Source of the DNA: Candidatus Latescibacterota bacterium
GTDB taxonomy: Bacteria > Latescibacterota > UBA2968
Reading direction: 5' to 3'
DNA length: 64,000 bases
NCBI GenBank assembly: GCA_038279365.1
Contig: JAYODI010000008.1
Coordinates: 61,425 to 125,424 of the forward strand
A model generated the notes under the pieces. That model was not told the origin of the DNA and did no database searches. It saw only the letters and a list, made by a program, of their open reading frames with translations. The position numbers were made by a program, and so were the translations under genes. This document shows positions 59,476 through 64,000 of the stretch, piece after piece. Every line of letters starts with the position of its first letter. The stretch's first letter is position 1.

Positions 59476-60681
59476 ATGGAACCCGTAAAATTTGGTATTG
59501 TGGGCATTGGTGGTTTTGGGCGCACCCATGTACGCGCCATTGAAGCCCTCGAAACGGAAGGCCGTGCACGCTTAGACGCTGCCGTTGTGATTGACCCCGA
59601 AAACCATCCTGAAAAATTGGCCGAATTTGCCACGCGCAAGGTGCGTGTATATGACAGCATTGACGCACTTATCAAGGCCGGTGGGGTCGATTATATCACC
59701 TTGCCCATTGGTATTCACCACCATGTGCCCTTAAGCATACAAAGTTTGGAAGCGGGTTTTCATGTGGTGTGTGAAAAACCCATTGCGGCCACGGTGCAAG
59801 ATGCAAACCGTTTGATTGAAACCAAAAACAAAACAGGTAAAACGGTTTTAATTGGCTATCAATCCATTTATGCCCCCAGCACCCAAACCATTAAAACACG
59901 CCTTCTCGAAGGACGCCTTGGCAAACTCAATGCCATTCGCATCAAAGGCGGTTGGCCTCGCGGGAGCGTCTACTATACGCGCAACGGTTGGGCTGGGCGT
60001 TTGCAATTGGATGACGGCACCTATGTGCTTGACAGCCCCATCAACAATGCCATGGCCCACGATGTGAACAACGCCATGTATTTGTGTGGCACCTCACAAC
60101 ACACGTCGGCAAACCCAGATTCTGTGCAGGCCGAATTGTATCGCGCCCGAGACATTCAAACCTTCGACACCGCCTCACTGCGCATTATGGCCAATGGTGT
60201 TGAGGTGATTATTGGGTTGTCTCATTCGACGCGCGAAAACTTCAACCCCATTATGATGCTCGATTGTGAAAAAGGCGAGGTTGAATGGACGCGGGGCTAC
60301 GCCATTATTCGGTATGCCGATGGCACCCAAGAAACCTTTGATGAAAAAAACCTCCGAGACCACAATGGACCATTTCACAATGCCATTGATGTGTTGCGCA
60401 ACCAAGCCGAACCGCAGTGCCCCCCAGAAGTGGCGCGTGCTCAAACCTTGTGCATCAACGGCGCACACGAAAGCTGCCCTCAAATTACCACCATTGCCAA
60501 AGAACACGTTGAAACCACAGATCGCAATGGCGACATTTTCCATGTGGTTAAAAACATGGATGAACTTTTGGATCGCAGTTTTCAGGAAAAGAAATTGCTT
60601 TCAGAACTGCAAGCAACAACGTGGGCAAAAGCCTCACAACCTTTTGATATGGCCGGTTACAACCATTATCCCAAAGCCTAA
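59476..60681 (+). CDS. Gfo/Idh/MocA oxidoreductase
   Basis: GIVGIGGFG, CEKP, GYQ, WPR...YY.RN.WAG, NNAMAH. Confidence 0.9.
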   Translation: MEPVKFGIVGIGGFGRTHVRAIEALETEGRARLDAAVVIDPENHPEKLAEFATRKVRVYDSIDALIKAGGVDYITLPIGIHHHVPLSIQSLEAGFHVVCEKPIAATVQDANRLIETKNKTGKTVLIGYQSIYAPSTQTIKTRLLEGRLGKLNAIRIKGGWPRGSVYYTRNGWAGRLQLDDGTYVLDSPINNAMAHDVNNAMYLCGTSQHTSANPDSVQAELYRARDIQTFDTASLRIMANGVEVIIGLSHSTRENFNPIMMLDCEKGEVEWTRGYAIIRYADGTQETFDEKNLRDHNGPFHNAIDVLRNQAEPQCPPEVARAQTLCINGAHESCPQITTIAKEHVETTDRNGDIFHVVKNMDELLDRSFQEKKLLSELQATTWAKASQPFDMAGYNHYPKA

Positions 60682-62498
60682 ACGGGAATATAATTGAGAA
60701 ACCACGCCAACATACGACGCGCACAATCTCGCTGATTTCGGCGGCGGCGAAAGCCGTGGCCTTCGCCAGGATAAACCACCACCCCCACAGGCACACCCTT
60801 GGCTTCTAAGGCCCGCCCAGTAACCAGAGATTCCGACACGGGGCAAATGGGGTCTTTGTCGCCATGCATCAACAACAGCGGCGCAGCAATATCGCCCAAC
60901 ACCGGAAACACATCGCTTTTGCGAACGGCATCGGTAATGGGCCAAGCAAGGGGTGCAACATATTCATTTTCATATGTAAAATCGCCCGTTTCCAATGTCA
61001 TGCGGCGGTTGTCTATAAACCCATACAATGCCACACCTGCACGAAAGCGTTGGGTCACGGCCAAAGCCCGCAACGTCATATACCCACCGTATGACCCGCC
61101 AAAAATGCCAACCCGATCGGCATCGGCAAGCCCTTCATCGACCAAAAAGTCTATGCCGGTTACTATATCGGCCAAGTCATCTCGTCCTTGGCTGGCAATG
61201 TTGCCTTGGGCAAAATCATCACCAAAGCCCAATGACCCTCTAAATGCGGGCCGAAACACACGATATCCTGCTCTCAAAAAATGCCGATATCGCACCGCAT
61301 CACTTCTCAAATTTTCTACCGGTGCAGCAGGCCCACCGTGTGCATTGACCAACAATGGCCCTCGCCCACGTGTGTTTTCAGATTCGTATACCACCCCCGC
61401 AATTCCCAACCCATCGGATGATTCCCACTCCAAATCTGAAACTTGCAAATCTTCATAATTTTCGTGCTGTGGCAATGGCACACGGCGTGTGCCCGTCCAT
61501 ATGGCCGGATAACGCTCTGCATCTTCCGTTTCAAACACTGCCAACCCATCGGCCATCCAAGCAATTGCTGAAGAGGCGTCTAAATCGGCAAATGACCCTT
61601 CAGGTGTACCATCTAAGGCCAACACTTCTGTTTGCAGGTCTAACCCCTCAATAAACGATACCCACACCGTCTTTTCTTTTGGCCCCCAACCAAATTGATC
61701 TATATAACGCCCACCTTCTGTTAAATTGACCTGCTCAGACCCATTCCAGTTCATCCACCACAAATCAGTATGTGTGGTAATCGGACGCTCACTTTCATGG
61801 TTGGCTTCATAAATTAATGATTCACCATCAGAGGCCAACAACACGCGTTTTAACTTTCCCGCACCTTGTGTTAAGGGCCGCCCAACACCATCAGCCAAAT
61901 CATATCCCAACAATTCGCCTCGCTGGGCTTCTTCGGGCACCATGTTAATGGCCTCTCGCCATACCAACCGCTGACCATCTGCTGACATGGACAAACCCCC
62001 ACACCCAGCGTTTACGGTTGCCAAATCGTGCCAGCCTTCGGTGGAGGCATATCGACACAAAGTAACTTTTTTACGGGGCACAGGGTAAAACCACGGGTCT
62101 TTGCTGTTGCGTTCTTCCCCTCGATCTACCAGCGCGCCCATCACCAACCCATGTTCCCCCCATTTCACATCGTAGGAAATAACCCCCTGCGGCAAGGAAA
62201 TCAGCCTTCCTTTTTGGCCATCTAAACCAACCCGCCAAATAGCCCCTTCGGCTTCGACCAAAGCCCCCGTGTCATCACCGGGAAAGATGTCATCTACAAA
62301 ATCAAACACCCCCATAGGCTTTAAAGGGCCACCATCTAAAGCCAATTTGAAAAAACCATCTCGCCCACGTCCACTGAGTGCCACAAACAATGTTTCTTCA
62401 CCCACCCGTACAATACCTCGTACACGGCGCAGATCCAATTGGGTATCTGTCAAACGGTCTAAATGCGATGGCAACCTAATGATATCAGATAGATTCAT
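60678..62498 (-). CDS. S9 prolyl oligopeptidase-family serine peptidase
   Basis: HGGP, RGSLGFG, GGSYGG, HGDKD, YPGEGH; GGAGG RBS before ATG 62498. Confidence 0.9.
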   Translation of the reverse strand: MNLSDIIRLPSHLDRLTDTQLDLRRVRGIVRVGEETLFVALSGRGRDGFFKLALDGGPLKPMGVFDFVDDIFPGDDTGALVEAEGAIWRVGLDGQKGRLISLPQGVISYDVKWGEHGLVMGALVDRGEERNSKDPWFYPVPRKKVTLCRYASTEGWHDLATVNAGCGGLSMSADGQRLVWREAINMVPEEAQRGELLGYDLADGVGRPLTQGAGKLKRVLLASDGESLIYEANHESERPITTHTDLWWMNWNGSEQVNLTEGGRYIDQFGWGPKEKTVWVSFIEGLDLQTEVLALDGTPEGSFADLDASSAIAWMADGLAVFETEDAERYPAIWTGTRRVPLPQHENYEDLQVSDLEWESSDGLGIAGVVYESENTRGRGPLLVNAHGGPAAPVENLRSDAVRYRHFLRAGYRVFRPAFRGSLGFGDDFAQGNIASQGRDDLADIVTGIDFLVDEGLADADRVGIFGGSYGGYMTLRALAVTQRFRAGVALYGFIDNRRMTLETGDFTYENEYVAPLAWPITDAVRKSDVFPVLGDIAAPLLLMHGDKDPICPVSESLVTGRALEAKGVPVGVVVYPGEGHGFRRRRNQRDCARRMLAWFLNYIPV

Positions 62499-62962
62499 AA
62501 TACAAAGCCTCCCGCCAATTGCGTGTAAGATGGATACCCAAGATAGGATGAAATGCGCGTATGCGACACACTTTTTTATGGCCCTCACTTACAAGCCCCA
62601 AATAACCTCACCCACTATTGTGATCCTAAAGTGAGACATCTTTTATTTTAATATTCTCAATTAGGCCTATTTTCATTTATCACATCAAAAATTAGAGGAC
62701 ATACCCGAAAAGAGTATGCCCTTGATTCCACACCATATGGCCCGTGCTACAAAAAAATAAAAAAAAGGCCACAAGCCCACTTCCTTTAGCTACCCTATTT
62801 GGGATGGCGCTTGAGTTGCCACCACAAGTCATTGCCAGCCCCCCAAAGGACACCCTCAGGCAACCCAATCTACAACAGCCCAGATGTTGTTCAAAAATCA
62901 GCGGTGTCCAAATTCAACACGTTTATGTAATCCTTTTTAAAAAATGACGCCACCAAAAGTGT

Positions 62963-63479
62963 TTGTCCTCAACCTAAATGAATGGACGGTCTGTTTCATA
63001 AATGACACGCGTATAAAACCCAATGTATAAGCGGTGATCCGATTTTTTCGTAATTGATAAGCCACAGATCTGTCTGATATTTATCAAAAAATGACATCCA
63101 TTCTATTCATTCCAAATTATATGGGCTGTTGGCTTTGCAGTGTATTTCCCATGATCTTCTCACGTAAATTAGATGTCAATATTTTTCAATTATTAATAAA
63201 TGCCGTAGCGAAAAGCTATTAACTTTTATAATTCATGTATTATTTATCTAACTCTATCACTAGAGGGTATATCTGCGCACCTGTTCAGGAATAAACCATA
63301 ATTATATCATTATACGCCATGCAGGAAATTACCCCAAAAGACCTATAACCTGAACTATTTCAGAGATCATGCACCAAGCAGAGATATCCTCAACAACAGA
63401 GATATATCAAATTTTAGCATATTACAGTAGTTCAGTAATCGAATAGTTTTAGCGCAATTATCGCACTTGTCCTCAACCT
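62963..63479. repeat. 13-bp direct repeat pair TTGTCCTCAACCT flanking an AT-rich segment
   Basis: Exact copies at 62963-62975 and 63467-63479. Confidence 0.6.
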
Positions 63480-63606
63480 TAAAAGTCAAGGGGGGCAAGG
63501 CATAAACCTTAAATCATTTGAACCCGAAACCCGAAAAACAACCCCGATTTGCCACACCCAAAATCTACACGAAACTTCACCCCAAACACCCAACCTCCCC
63601 TGCCTA

Positions 63607-63650
63607 CGGCGTGTTACTTTTCAACGACGAAAAGTAACCAAAAGTCGCCG
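63607..63650. repeat. Palindromic element GTTACTTTTC-N6-GAAAAGTAAC-CAAAAG
   Basis: Perfect 10-bp stem 63613-63622/63629-63638 with outer CGGCG/CGCCG. Confidence 0.65.
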
Positions 63651-63863
63651 CTGGGCGCGGTGCCCATGCACAGCGCAAATACCCTTTGTGGATTCAATTG
63701 GGGCAGTGGCCTACGAGGATTTATGATACTATGAATGATTGTGCCATCTGGAATCGTGCGCTGCGCTGTGATTCATACCTTCTTGCAATCAACTCAAAAT
63801 CCCATCTGATTGATTGACATAAATAATAAAACCTAAAAGCATAAAAACATAAAAGCAGAGGTA

Positions 63864-63885
63864 TGGCGCCCCCTGATGGATTTGA
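63864..63885 (-). other. tRNA 3'-end-like fragment (possible att site)
   Basis: Minus strand TCAAAT-CCATC-AGGGGGC-G-CCA matches tRNA positions 55-76 spacing; no 5' half present. Confidence 0.5.
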
Positions 63886-63918
63886 CTGATTTCAAATGCG
63901 ATAAAAGCGCAAAACACC

Positions 63919-63988
63919 AGGTTCAAGTGCCACACCCTCCCCAACCACCCACAACCTGCCAAGAAACCACTGGCAGGTTCTTGAACCT
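63919..63988. repeat. Nested palindrome (REP-like)
   Basis: AGGTTCAAG/CTTGAACCT and AACCTGCCA/TGGCAGGTT, two perfect 9-bp inverted repeats. Confidence 0.6.
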
Positions 63989-64000
63989 TATACGTTATGA

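Noticed and set aside
62695..62860. Hairpins as a riboswitch (e.g. c-di-GMP) upstream of the S9 peptidase
   Set aside because: Only short imperfect stems; conserved aptamer nucleotides not found by eye on either strand
62900..63480. AT-rich region as oriC
   Set aside because: No consensus TTATCCACA boxes seen and no dnaA, dnaN or gidA context
63916..63933. GGTTCAAGT as the T-loop of a plus-strand tRNA
   Set aside because: Flanks do not form a T-stem and no cloverleaf can be built
1..64000. CRISPR array, rRNA, intact tRNA, IS transposase, defence system
   Set aside because: No repeat-spacer array, RNA gene or matching protein motif found by inspection

Overview
Gene-dense bacterial chromosomal window with about 55 CDS. 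I see no rRNA, intact tRNA, CRISPR array, integrase or transposase. The content is mostly catabolic: three sulfatases, two heparinase II/III-like lyases, three PhyH-type dioxygenases, three Gfo/Idh/MocA oxidoreductases, three sugar-phosphate isomerases, two HpcH aldolases, several peptidases and a DUF6785/6784-like membrane protein. This mix suggests a Latescibacterota/Poribacteria-like heterotroph (inference only). Also present are glgB, a speD-speE fusion, a pabB-pabC fusion and two kinase-free clusters of unusual regulators. The most interesting signals are: (1) an amidohydrolase-fold + Rieske pair resembling dinuclear metal monooxygenases; (2) a ~13 kb signal-peptide-free sulfated-glycan locus with a PL15-like lyase, a remote PL2-like protein and tandem duplicated sulfatases around an uncharacterised transporter; (3) a SpeD-SpeE fusion with an altered amine-acceptor loop; (4) a MerR-REC / membrane protein / REC-linker-REC module; and (5) a 1.5 kb terminal region with no credible ORF, holding direct repeats, several hairpins and a tRNA 3'-end fragment that may mark an island attachment site. 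All family assignments come from motif recognition by eye; no searches were run.
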